DNA of 38,042 nucleotides from a virus (lineage: Duplodnaviria > Caudoviricetes): IMG/VR virus record IMGVR_UViG_3300027732_000057, positions 1-38,042 of that record, one strand, 5' to 3'. The notes beneath the pieces were generated by a model. That model did not search any database. It saw only the letters and a program-made list of their open reading frames with translations, and was not told the DNA's origin. Both the position numbers and the translations under genes were made by a program. This document shows positions 19,174-28,853 of this stretch, piece after piece. Each line of letters starts with the position of its first letter. Position 1 is the first letter of the stretch.

Positions 19174-20550
19174 TTAGAAACCTAATACGAATCTGAATTG
19201 TTCTATGCCATCAGTACTTCTCTGAACAGCGGATCTATTCTGCACATAAATCATGTAACCTGAATTAACTGCAAAATTTGGAGTACTATATGATAACAAT
19301 GTTCTTGTGGTTGTAGATGATTGTCCAAATATAGGACTATTATTTGCCGGAACTCCTGAAGTATTTATCAGCTTAATTAGGTTGATACCAGCATCAAAAC
19401 TCAAAACAGTTGCATAAAAGGATGGATTTGCCAATGTTCCTTGATAAACAAATTCATCTGGTGTGTATCCTAAATCGGAACCTGGTGCAACAACTACATT
19501 TGTTGTTGCACTGTATATAATACCGTTGGCTGGATTTGGACTACTCTGTCTTGTGGTTGGATTAACTACTACACCAACTTGATGATAGTCTATGTCTGTT
19601 GGCACATAACCATTTTCAGTGCCATCAAACTGTGCAGTCATCATAATATGTTCAGCACCTAACTCAGCAACTGGATCAAAACCGTGGCCACCAATTGGTG
19701 AGGTTGCCCAAGTGACGTTTGCATTAGCACCAATTGTGGAAGTTACTGCAACGTTTGCATAGGTATAATTACTACCTGGATTAACAACAATGATATCTCT
19801 AACTTGGCCACCAGTTGCAAGTGAGGACACGTTGGCTGTTGCAGCTGCACCAGTTCCATCACCTGTTATTGTAACATACACCACCGCATTGGTGGTGTCG
19901 TATCCTGAACCACTATTCAATACATTGATAGCATCTATACTACCTGCACCTGCGGTAGTAATCAATGGGTTTGGTGTGTTGGATCCAATTTGCACTGGCA
20001 TCCATTCTTTGTCCATGAATTTAAGTTTTAGTCCGGTGTCAATGGTATACATAAACTTCCATTTATATCCATCATCACCTTGAAAAATCCTGTTGGCCGA
20101 ATACGTTCCTGGTTCAAAGTATGGTTCTCTTGTTGATGCACCACCATTATTGTTCCATAGGCACTTGAATACTTGGTCGTATTTGTTCTTTGCATAAAAC
20201 TTTTTGGTTATAAAACCATTAACGTCTTTAACTAACATATTAATATCATCACGGTAATAATCGTATATTGTTCCTGTGGTCCAATTAACACGTTGTATGA
20301 CTGGTGAAATGTCACTGGTCTTAATTTGTTTTGCAACAAAAATATTCTTTTGAATTTGTTTGATGGATTTTACGTCAGCACCTGGAACTGGTGGATTATT
20401 ATTATCTGCCCATGGTGTTGGTTTCGATAAGAAACAATAGTAGGTGTGAATAGGTACCGATACTTCAGGTGGTACAACAGAGACCGGTGCAAAATACACC
20501 AGGTCTATCAGTGATATTTTTGAAGCGTTTGTGAGTAGATTTTGTGCCAT
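19174..20550 (-). CDS. gp8: Baseplate wedge subunit gp8
   Basis: RVNWTTGTIYDYY, VFKCLWNN, DGYKWKFMYTI, GGHGFDPVAELG and C-terminal IEQFRFVLGF; synteny. Confidence 0.88.
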   Translation of the reverse strand: MAQNLLTNASKISLIDLVYFAPVSVVPPEVSVPIHTYYCFLSKPTPWADNNNPPVPGADVKSIKQIQKNIFVAKQIKTSDISPVIQRVNWTTGTIYDYYRDDINMLVKDVNGFITKKFYAKNKYDQVFKCLWNNNGGASTREPYFEPGTYSANRIFQGDDGYKWKFMYTIDTGLKLKFMDKEWMPVQIGSNTPNPLITTAGAGSIDAINVLNSGSGYDTTNAVVYVTITGDGTGAAATANVSSLATGGQVRDIIVVNPGSNYTYANVAVTSTIGANANVTWATSPIGGHGFDPVAELGAEHIMMTAQFDGTENGYVPTDIDYHQVGVVVNPTTRQSSPNPANGIIYSATTNVVVAPGSDLGYTPDEFVYQGTLANPSFYATVLSFDAGINLIKLINTSGVPANNSPIFGQSSTTTRTLLSYSTPNFAVNSGYMIYVQNRSAVQRSTDGIEQFRFVLGF

Positions 20551-20554
20551 GATT

Positions 20555-20562
20555 TATTTATT
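20555..20562 (-). promoter_or_regulatory. T4-type late promoter motif (AATAAATA)
   Basis: 4 nt upstream of the gp8 ATG. Confidence 0.6.
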
Positions 20563-21418
20563 ATGCCTTTGTAATAGCTACAAAAGTATTTTGTGTCGTT
20601 CCGTCAATACTCATGTATCTTGCCAAGATGGTTGTTGTTGCCGGTATTGTATATGTTGTTGCATTAATTGTTGAATTTATTGCAGAAACTCCGTGTGTAA
20701 ACACTTGACTTGTTGCATCAGTATTTGTAATCCATGCAACAACTTCTTTACCTGTTAACAAATTAGATAGTGTAACTACCAATCCAGCGGCAGTCTGAGC
20801 ACGAACCAATGATTGTGTTGTCATATTAATTGTGATTGCAGTCTGAACACCAGCTGAAACTGTCGGTGTATAAACGAAACCGTTTTTTGGTTCAATTGAT
20901 CCGGTGGTAATCAGGCTACCATCAAGTGTGCCACTTGCATTTGCTAATGCGTTGTTTGCTTTGGTGAAAGCACCATTAGCAAATAATGCACCACTATTAG
21001 CAGTTATAAAAGCCGCATTGGCAAATAATGAATTTGAGTTTGCCTTATCATAAGAAGAATTTGCTGTAACAAAAGCTCCGTTTGCAAACGCTGCAGCACT
21101 ATTGGCCTGTCCATAACCAGAGTTGGCTCTTACAAATGCACCGTTAGCAAAAGATGCGGTAGTATTTTGTGAATCATAAGAAGCATTAGCAGTTACATAC
21201 GCACCATTAGCAAATGAAGCACCAGAGTTTGCTTGGCCATAACCAGAGTTGGCTCTTAAGAAAGCCGCCTGTGCATATGCATTCGACAGACTGAAGATAT
21301 CATCCAACGAGTATGTACTAGTTACACTTGTTTGTTTATTGACACCAATAACTATGGTGTTGGCTGTGTTTGTGGTAGGACTACTCTGCGGCAGTGCTGA
21401 TATTTTTACTGTTGACAT
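20561..21418 (-). CDS. Short fibre-like protein with AN-heptad stalk, between gp7 and gp8
   Basis: 285 aa; N-terminus VKISALP; ANSGASFANGAF repeats; beta-rich C-terminal domain. Confidence 0.75.
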   Translation of the reverse strand: MSTVKISALPQSSPTTNTANTIVIGVNKQTSVTSTYSLDDIFSLSNAYAQAAFLRANSGYGQANSGASFANGAYVTANASYDSQNTTASFANGAFVRANSGYGQANSAAAFANGAFVTANSSYDKANSNSLFANAAFITANSGALFANGAFTKANNALANASGTLDGSLITTGSIEPKNGFVYTPTVSAGVQTAITINMTTQSLVRAQTAAGLVVTLSNLLTGKEVVAWITNTDATSQVFTHGVSAINSTINATTYTIPATTTILARYMSIDGTTQNTFVAITKA

Positions 21419-21421
21419 TGA

Positions 21422-24400
21422 TTACCCCAATAGGATTGTTGTTCCATCTTCTGTTGTTATTGAATCGCCATCTTCCGTGGCAAGTTCCGGTATATATGCG
21501 GTACCATTTGGACCATATATCTTAATTTGGCTTGATGTTGGTGTACTGTTGGCCACAAAAGTTCTCTTTACAGAAAGATATGAATTGGCCGCCGAAGATA
21601 GATTGCTCGTTAGATAAATCTTTCCGTTTGTATAATCTACTGTGTTGACTACCATACTGCTATTGTTGTCAACAAGTATAACATCACCTTTATATACAAT
21701 ATCTCTTATTGGATATTCATTATCACTATAGTCACCATTGTTAATCAAGTCATATCGGCCAGTCAATGATGTAATATTTAGTGCATTAGAACCAGAATTA
21801 CCAGTTACTACCGCCACATTTGCATATGTTAACCAAACATTGCTTGCAATTGTGATTGTGTTTGCTACTGAGTTGACCGAAACCACTTCTGAGAAAACAT
21901 TAGGTCCATTTTTACTCTGAATAAAGATACTACTTTGACCTGGAAAAATAAAGTCAGCCAAATTTGCACCAAGTAAATTATTAAATCTAATTATGTTGTT
22001 ACTCTTATTGGTAAAATCTGTTACGATTGTGATTGCATCCGATACATGTTCACCTATGTGGTAGTGTAGTTTGCTAGCAGTATATGCAGCAGTATATACG
22101 TGTTGGTTTACATTGTTGCTTGATTTCAAACCATAACGGCCTAGAACATTTGTGCCTAACGGATGCAAGAGACCTAAAAGAACATCTCTATACTTTGAAA
22201 TTTCTTTATCAACTGTAATCAAATATGTAAAGTTATTATATCTATCGTTTTGCATAACATCATATGAACTTGGTTGTCCTTGTGTGGTCAAATATTGGCC
22301 ATCACCAATAACCAATCCATTTAAGAAGGTTGCATTGGCAGCTGCCGAACCATCTCCATATGTTATGTAACCTTGTTTGTTATATTTTCTTGTGTATACA
22401 CTTCTATTACCTACTGCATCAAAGTATGTGTATGATTTATCAAACTGTGGAAATGCCGAATTGGCCATTTTCATATTGATATTTCTACTTTCATCTAATA
22501 CTTTTATTATTAAGTTTGTATTTGGATTGCCGTTGTTGTTAAAAACTTGGAGATTATATAACGACAGTTGTGTATTTGCATCTGATGACAACAAAGAAAC
22601 CGAATTAACTCTAGCATTATACGTTGATAGGTTGATTGATGGACCCTGATAAACATACTCACCTCTTTTTGGTAAGTTTTCAATTGCAACATTTGACACA
22701 ACAATATCTTGTACCTTTAATGACACACTCGGTTTTGATTCATAATCTTCACCATAATTTTCAACACCAATTGTTGTAACAGAACCAACTCTATCAACAA
22801 CTAAAGAAAAAGTTGCACCTGTTCCTAGAATTCCGGGCACTGTAAGTATTGCACCAGATGCGGTTATTGCACCAGATGCGTCAACATTTGCTGATTGTAC
22901 CGTTACTGATGGTAATAATTCGGTTTTATAACCAGAACCACCCAATGTATATTCTGCCACACTAGATGCTGGATTGTAAACATATGATACACCTGTTATT
23001 TTTCCATTTGCACCAATGGAGGTTACGTTTGCAAATGCACCACGGCCAGAACCACCACTGAATATAATCTTATCGTTTGCTTGATACCAACCACCACCAT
23101 TAATAATTTGTATTGGTGCCAGAATACCTAATGGTGCAATATCAGCATTTGAACCATTATATACATTAGAAATATCTTCAGTAAATATGGTAGATTTAAT
23201 TTCAATATCTGGTATGGAAGATAACCCTCCGCCACCATTTTCTACAACCATACTGTAAATAGAACTTGTTTGTAATGTTACAAAAGAAAATGCATCAATC
23301 AATCTGGTGTTGATGTTTGCAGTGGCCATATTGGCAAAATTGTAATTACTGCTACTCAATATAATTTGGTCTTTGAAACCAATAACATCTTTTGGTATGT
23401 AAGCTACATTAGCTCTTGCATTTCCTGTTGCTGGTGCCGTTGTTATGACTGCACCAGTGGCCAATGGGTTTGATGATTCAACTACACCAGTTAAACTTAA
23501 TATAGCTCTCGCATTCACAGAAGGTATGTATTTTATACTTGTTATAACACCACTACTTGTAACACTATCAACATATGCAAACGCAGCATCAGCATAGTTA
23601 ACTCTATCGTTGATTCTATATCCAGAACCACCATTTACTATCGTGTAAGCTGGTGGTAAGAAGTCTGTCAATGAATATATGTTTGCTTTAGCTGCACCAG
23701 CATTTAATAGGGTTACAATTGTATTTGGTTTTAATGTGTAACCGAAGCCACCATTGACAACATTGATACGTTGTATAGAACCTCTAGTTGTTTCTGATAC
23801 AATAGCTGTTGCACCAATGCCTGTGGTTGTATCTTCCATGCCATCATATACTACCACTGGATCACCAGGTTGATATAATGAACCCCTCTTAATTGGATTG
23901 ATTTTGATTTGACTAATTTGACCAACAATTTTTGCTGTAAGTATTTGGCCACCAAATAAAACATCTTGGTTATTTGAATCAATAATTTTAATGAACTCAC
24001 CAGACTCAAACAAACGTTCTATATTTGATATGAATATCTCTGTCTTTTCACCAATAAGTACAGCAGCCTCAATTGTTGCAATTGATTTTGATTCTAGGCC
24101 AAATACTCTGAGGTTTTTGGTGTTTAAAAAATTTCTATTACTTGATGCAAGTTTCAAACTCTTAGAAACATACCATGTACCAGCAGAGGCTTTGAATACG
24201 GCCTCTTTGGTATTGAATACTTCAAAGTCTGAGTTGAAAAGAATACGGAAAAGAAACTCATATGATGCAGGTGTACCTTTGGTTTGATACAACTGTCGTG
24301 CAACCTTAATTGTTTCTTCTTTATCTAGTAGTGTTTCTTTTGGAAAAAACGGTAAGAAATCGTTTGTAAAGTAATCTAAAAATTCTGTTGTTGTATCATC

Positions 24401-24577
24401 AACATCTTTATATGACAATAGATTTTGAGTTCGTTCAGTAACTTTACCAGTTTGTTCCATCCATTCATAGTATGCCTTGAGGAAGGTATGAAACTTTACA
24501 TACTGGTCATTGTCACGAATGTGTTCAGGTAATTGGTCTTTGACCAATAGTGAGGTTAAATGGCCGGTTTCTATCAT
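21422..24577 (-). CDS. gp7: Baseplate wedge subunit, gp7-like
   Basis: 1051 aa; QLPEHIRD..FLKAYYEWME, LYQTKGTPASYEFLFRILF, YNNFTYLI..LLHPLG; located between gp6 and gp8. Confidence 0.75.
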   Translation of the reverse strand: MIETGHLTSLLVKDQLPEHIRDNDQYVKFHTFLKAYYEWMEQTGKVTERTQNLLSYKDVDDTTTEFLDYFTNDFLPFFPKETLLDKEETIKVARQLYQTKGTPASYEFLFRILFNSDFEVFNTKEAVFKASAGTWYVSKSLKLASSNRNFLNTKNLRVFGLESKSIATIEAAVLIGEKTEIFISNIERLFESGEFIKIIDSNNQDVLFGGQILTAKIVGQISQIKINPIKRGSLYQPGDPVVVYDGMEDTTTGIGATAIVSETTRGSIQRINVVNGGFGYTLKPNTIVTLLNAGAAKANIYSLTDFLPPAYTIVNGGSGYRINDRVNYADAAFAYVDSVTSSGVITSIKYIPSVNARAILSLTGVVESSNPLATGAVITTAPATGNARANVAYIPKDVIGFKDQIILSSSNYNFANMATANINTRLIDAFSFVTLQTSSIYSMVVENGGGGLSSIPDIEIKSTIFTEDISNVYNGSNADIAPLGILAPIQIINGGGWYQANDKIIFSGGSGRGAFANVTSIGANGKITGVSYVYNPASSVAEYTLGGSGYKTELLPSVTVQSANVDASGAITASGAILTVPGILGTGATFSLVVDRVGSVTTIGVENYGEDYESKPSVSLKVQDIVVSNVAIENLPKRGEYVYQGPSINLSTYNARVNSVSLLSSDANTQLSLYNLQVFNNNGNPNTNLIIKVLDESRNINMKMANSAFPQFDKSYTYFDAVGNRSVYTRKYNKQGYITYGDGSAAANATFLNGLVIGDGQYLTTQGQPSSYDVMQNDRYNNFTYLITVDKEISKYRDVLLGLLHPLGTNVLGRYGLKSSNNVNQHVYTAAYTASKLHYHIGEHVSDAITIVTDFTNKSNNIIRFNNLLGANLADFIFPGQSSIFIQSKNGPNVFSEVVSVNSVANTITIASNVWLTYANVAVVTGNSGSNALNITSLTGRYDLINNGDYSDNEYPIRDIVYKGDVILVDNNSSMVVNTVDYTNGKIYLTSNLSSAANSYLSVKRTFVANSTPTSSQIKIYGPNGTAYIPELATEDGDSITTEDGTTILLG

Positions 24578-26652
24578 GTTGGTTTAGCTGTTACATTGAC
24601 AACGATTGATTGTGGATCAAATTCGTCTACTGTAATGATTCTATTGTAGGAAGATGATACTATAGTTGTTGTTGGACTTGCAGTCATAGTCAATTGTCCC
24701 AAAGGATTATCAACTGTTAAAGGTGCAAACGCATTTAATGTAATGATGCCTTCATTATAATCTACCGTACCAATGTTTCCATCAAATATGGTCTTAACAT
24801 TCAATGTATCATTGAAGTAAGTTCTTAGTGTACCATATCTACCATCAAGTGTTACTGTGCCTGCACCTAATAAACCTGTTGTATCACCAGAAGAATTTGT
24901 AATCTTTAAAATTGCTGAAGTGTATCCTGTGCCTGGAGTTACCACTTTGATTTTTCTGATGACACCATTAACTATTGTGGCCTGTGCTGTTGCACCAGTA
25001 CCATCTCCTAGTATAGTAACTGTTGGTGAATATTGATAACCAAAACCTGGATTGGTAACTGTTATTGATTCAACGCCACCTGTAGATGATGGAACTTCTT
25101 CAATATAAAGTCCTTGAATAGTTTCAGCCAAGTTCAATGGATTTCTGAATACAACTGTTGGTGAACTCAATATGCCACTTAAAAACATTCCTTTTTTCAG
25201 AGGTGCACCATAATATAATTTATATGTTGTTGGTGTACTTAAATTTGGAAAGAATTTCTTTTGTAACTTAATAGAAATTTCATTGGTGATAATGGAAGAA
25301 TCTGTTGCATTGATTCTGTTATTAAAATCAGATGACTTGAATGTGGAATTAAATGTATTCAGTGTTGTTTTTGCATAATTATTAATCACACTTCTAACCG
25401 CAGCCTTAATCTGTGTGGCTGTTGATGTTGTTTTCTTTGGATCATACAGAACATTGGCTGTAATCTGTACATACGTATAATCTGGATCAACAATGGTTGG
25501 TTCGACCGTCATTATTGAGATTGGCTTCAGTACATCTGTAATCAATTTTAATTTTTGATTCTCTGTGATTGTATACGCACCAGTTGGTTTCATACAAACA
25601 AATACTCTGCCATACACAGGAGGATCATTCAGTTGACCACCCCAAACATTCACTGCATCAAAAGAATAACCTAAGTTGTTTTGTTGAATCGCTGTGATGT
25701 AATCATCTTTGGTAACTGCACGACCTTGTGCTGCATATGCTTTTGGTGCTTGAAATTTAATTGAATCAATAGATTCTTTCACTGCACCTTGTGTTGATGA
25801 AGTTATTGGAGATATGACAGTGTTTCCATACCCACCAACTGTACCCATTATTACAAAATTGTTTGCACCAGTAGAACCTGTTCCTTTTGTCACAACATAT
25901 GATACTCTAACAATGTTACCATTGTTTAAAGATTTGCCTAATACATTGTTACCAAAATAAATTTCATAGTAACCATTCATACCTTCTTGTAGAAAATATA
26001 CAAGTGAATTATTATTCAACGTCAAATAATCCGAAGATAAGGAATATGTTGTTATGTAGTTGTTTGAAGTTGATTCTTGTACTGCAACCAAAAGTGTGGT
26101 TGTATCAATACCAATTTCAGGTAATTTGAAAAGAGATTTTGGATTATCGGTTTTATTAACAGTAAAAGCATAAGTCGTTGCTTGGCCTTGTTTTAGTGTT
26201 ATGTCATTGAACTGTGCAACACCGTTCACAACGTTTACTGTTTCTGAATCTGTGTTAACAAAATTATAATTGACTCCATCAATAGATTCTGAAAGAAAGT
26301 TTGTGTATTTTGGTAACGTTAATGATGCATCAGTGACTTCATTTACTCTCAAATTGATTGTGGCTGAAGGTGCGATTGCAGATGTTGGCACATAATTTAA
26401 TAATTTTGCTTGAGAAACAACAGAGTTTCTTTGTAATGCGGTATCCATAAACATTTCGTTTGCGACCATGTTTAGATAATATGCATTATATTGTGTATTG
26501 TATGTCAAAACATCCAACAAAGTGGATATAGCAGAACCTTCATAATCATAATCTTGAAGAACACCGTTGTCCTTCATATAGTTTTTTAAACTAGTTTTTA
26601 TTGAATTGAAATCCAATTCAGTGATGTTGAAATTTGAGTTAGCACCTGCCAT
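24574..26652 (-). CDS. gp6: Baseplate wedge subunit gp6
   Basis: ELDFNSIKTSLK, DYDYEGS, ANEMFMDTA, ESIDSIKFQAP..AQGRAVTKDDY, PPVYGRVF. Confidence 0.93.
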   Translation of the reverse strand: MAGANSNFNITELDFNSIKTSLKNYMKDNGVLQDYDYEGSAISTLLDVLTYNTQYNAYYLNMVANEMFMDTALQRNSVVSQAKLLNYVPTSAIAPSATINLRVNEVTDASLTLPKYTNFLSESIDGVNYNFVNTDSETVNVVNGVAQFNDITLKQGQATTYAFTVNKTDNPKSLFKLPEIGIDTTTLLVAVQESTSNNYITTYSLSSDYLTLNNNSLVYFLQEGMNGYYEIYFGNNVLGKSLNNGNIVRVSYVVTKGTGSTGANNFVIMGTVGGYGNTVISPITSSTQGAVKESIDSIKFQAPKAYAAQGRAVTKDDYITAIQQNNLGYSFDAVNVWGGQLNDPPVYGRVFVCMKPTGAYTITENQKLKLITDVLKPISIMTVEPTIVDPDYTYVQITANVLYDPKKTTSTATQIKAAVRSVINNYAKTTLNTFNSTFKSSDFNNRINATDSSIITNEISIKLQKKFFPNLSTPTTYKLYYGAPLKKGMFLSGILSSPTVVFRNPLNLAETIQGLYIEEVPSSTGGVESITVTNPGFGYQYSPTVTILGDGTGATAQATIVNGVIRKIKVVTPGTGYTSAILKITNSSGDTTGLLGAGTVTLDGRYGTLRTYFNDTLNVKTIFDGNIGTVDYNEGIITLNAFAPLTVDNPLGQLTMTASPTTTIVSSSYNRIITVDEFDPQSIVVNVTAKPT

Positions 26653-26653
26653 T

Positions 26654-27046
26654 TTATCTGTTTCTCTCTAAAAAAACTGTTACAGTAGTTGGTTGTGTTG
26701 CATTTGCTATAAAAAATGTCATGGTAACATCATATGCATTTTTATCTGGATATGGTTGTACTGTGACATTCTTCAGATTTATTCTAGGTTCATAGTTGGT
26801 TATTGCAACAGTAATTTCTTTTTCCAAGGCCGATGCAGCCATAAATGAGATGTTTTCAAATAAAAGTGCATCAACATTTGATCCGAAGTCTGGATTCCAA
26901 GGTTTTTCAAATTTCTTAGTCAATAATATATTTCTGACTGAACGTATGATTGCTTGACTATCATAACTCAATGCAATATCATTCACAGCTGGACGCTTGG
27001 CCAATGTGAAGTCTATGTCGGAGTAAAGTTTTTGTATGGTTGCCAT
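26654..27046 (-). CDS. gp25: Baseplate wedge subunit gp25
   Basis: YSDIDF, AIIRSVRNILLT..EKPWNPDFGS, ITNYEPRI; precedes gp6. Confidence 0.93.
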   Translation of the reverse strand: MATIQKLYSDIDFTLAKRPAVNDIALSYDSQAIIRSVRNILLTKKFEKPWNPDFGSNVDALLFENISFMAASALEKEITVAITNYEPRINLKNVTVQPYPDKNAYDVTMTFFIANATQPTTVTVFLERNR

Positions 27047-27050
27047 CTTT

Positions 27051-27058
27051 TATTTATG
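27051..27058 (-). promoter_or_regulatory. T4-type late promoter motif (CATAAATA)
   Basis: 4 nt upstream of the gp25 ATG. Confidence 0.65.
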
Positions 27059-27080
27059 TGTAGGAGTAAAACGCTTTTTT

Positions 27081-27137
27081 GAACTTTCGAAGCTGTGGGA
27101 GAAAATTCTTAGGCCGGAACGCAAAAATTCGAAATTC
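27081..27137. other. Intergenic inverted repeat / possible structured element
   Basis: GAACTTTCGAA (27081-27091) pairs with TTCGAAATTC (27128-27137) with one bulge, in the largest intergenic gap (97 bp). Confidence 0.4.
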
Positions 27138-27143
27138 TGGTAA

Positions 27144-27956
27144 TTATCCAATTCTTGATTTGGCCTTATCAGTGCCTATTAAGTTATTAATTAAGTAGTT
27201 ACCAGTCTCACCCAGCCCACCCAACTTTTTTGTCTCATTGTATAAATCTACAAAATTCTTAACATTGGTGTAGTAATTTACATCTGAGTTTCTTCTATAA
27301 TCCATAAAAGTCTTTAAATTTGTCATATGTGTATTAATTGTTGTCATTAATGAACCACTCATATTTGATGTTGCAGTTGGTCCTGTTATCACAATACTGG
27401 TTTGAACATTTGTTGCATATGTTGTTAGAGTATTATTATTTGCAATAAGTTGTGGTTCAATCATCAGACTCGTAAAACTACCCATAATTGGTGTTGAATT
27501 TATTACTCCATCAGTTTGATTTGTAATATACATTGCAGTTCTACCTACACCCATGGCCATACTTAAATGTGGAAGAGATGAATTTTCACCAGTGAATGGA
27601 GTTACTCCAGAAAGTCTGTGTGTATGATTTAAGAAATCAAAAGCTGACGCTTCTAATGCAGCAGCTGCGGTTCTTACATTCGCCATATTTGTTACACCAC
27701 TAGATGTATTTGCTGACACATATATTGCATTTGCATTTAACTTGATTAACATAGTTATACTTTGCACTGGATTTTGGTAATAACCACCAACATCATTATT
27801 GGCAATATCTTGTGCCTGCCATTCTTCAATAAATGGCGGCATAGAACTCATATGTTCTTGTGTGTTTGCTGATAGTGTTTGTATATGACCATTTGGATCA
27901 TCAAAATTATAACCAAATGAATGAAAAATACCTGTTGAATTCGCTACTGTTGTCAT
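27144..27956 (-). CDS. Hypothetical, probably helical virion protein between gp5 and gp25
   Basis: 270-aa ORF co-oriented within the baseplate operon; no family recognised. Confidence 0.7.
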   Translation of the reverse strand: MTTVANSTGIFHSFGYNFDDPNGHIQTLSANTQEHMSSMPPFIEEWQAQDIANNDVGGYYQNPVQSITMLIKLNANAIYVSANTSSGVTNMANVRTAAAALEASAFDFLNHTHRLSGVTPFTGENSSLPHLSMAMGVGRTAMYITNQTDGVINSTPIMGSFTSLMIEPQLIANNNTLTTYATNVQTSIVITGPTATSNMSGSLMTTINTHMTNLKTFMDYRRNSDVNYYTNVKNFVDLYNETKKLGGLGETGNYLINNLIGTDKAKSRIG

Positions 27957-27960
27957 ATTA

Positions 27961-28842
27961 TTATCCTACAAATGGGCCAGAGGCTGGTGATGTTGTTGGC
28001 GAGCCATTATTTCCGTTTCCGTGTATATGTGTATTAAATACGGCACTGTTTATCTGGTCCGACATTAATATTGATTTTAATACACCGATGTTACCTAAAG
28101 AGAAATTGGCTATCGGTGCATTTACTGATATAACTGCATTGACTGTTCCGAGAGCATTTATTTGACCTATAATTGCAATTGGTGCTAGTGGTGTTGGAAA
28201 CGAAGCGGATACACCACCACATGTGGTGAATCCATCTAATCCAGCATACACACCACCACCCTTTAAATCACCGCCAATAATTCTGTCCGCTTTGATAATA
28301 TCACCAGTTAATGTTCCTGAAACTTCTAAATCAGAACGCACTGAAATGTGATCAGCTGCACCCAAATACATTGTTCCACCAAAACCTTCAGATGCTGATA
28401 ACTCTACATCTCCATCACCAGATAAAACCAATGAACCTTTAGACCTGATTTGAGTATTTCCACCAACCAACATTTCATAATCACCAGCAACTTGAACACC
28501 CATGTTACCAGCAACAGATAAATTACAGTTACCGTCTATTTGTATGCTACAATTACCTGATATTCTGACATTGTTATTTTGCACAATAATTGTGTAACCA
28601 TTACCAAAGACTTTGTGAACCTCACTGCCATCAGGATGCATCTCAATGAATGTTCCTACACGATGTGATAAACGAATTCGTTCTCTGGTTGGAGTATCAT
28701 CCATTTCCAATTTGTGACCGGCTTCTGTTGCAGTAACATTATTATATGGATATATTGGTTGATAGTCGGTGTTGGCCGCAGATTCTGGTTCTGTCCATGC
28801 ACCTTCAACAAAAGGCATTTCATCTGAGTATATTGTTGTCAT
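27961..28842 (-). CDS. gp5: Central spike, gp5 C-terminal part (beta-helix with HxH tip)
   Basis: YPYNNVTATEAGHKLEMDDTPTRERIRLSHRVGTFIEMHPDG; 8-residue VxGN/D repeats; ends THIHGNGNNGSPTTSP. Confidence 0.85.
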   Translation of the reverse strand: MTTIYSDEMPFVEGAWTEPESAANTDYQPIYPYNNVTATEAGHKLEMDDTPTRERIRLSHRVGTFIEMHPDGSEVHKVFGNGYTIIVQNNNVRISGNCSIQIDGNCNLSVAGNMGVQVAGDYEMLVGGNTQIRSKGSLVLSGDGDVELSASEGFGGTMYLGAADHISVRSDLEVSGTLTGDIIKADRIIGGDLKGGGVYAGLDGFTTCGGVSASFPTPLAPIAIIGQINALGTVNAVISVNAPIANFSLGNIGVLKSILMSDQINSAVFNTHIHGNGNNGSPTTSPASGPFVG

Positions 28843-28853
28843 AATTTAAGGAG

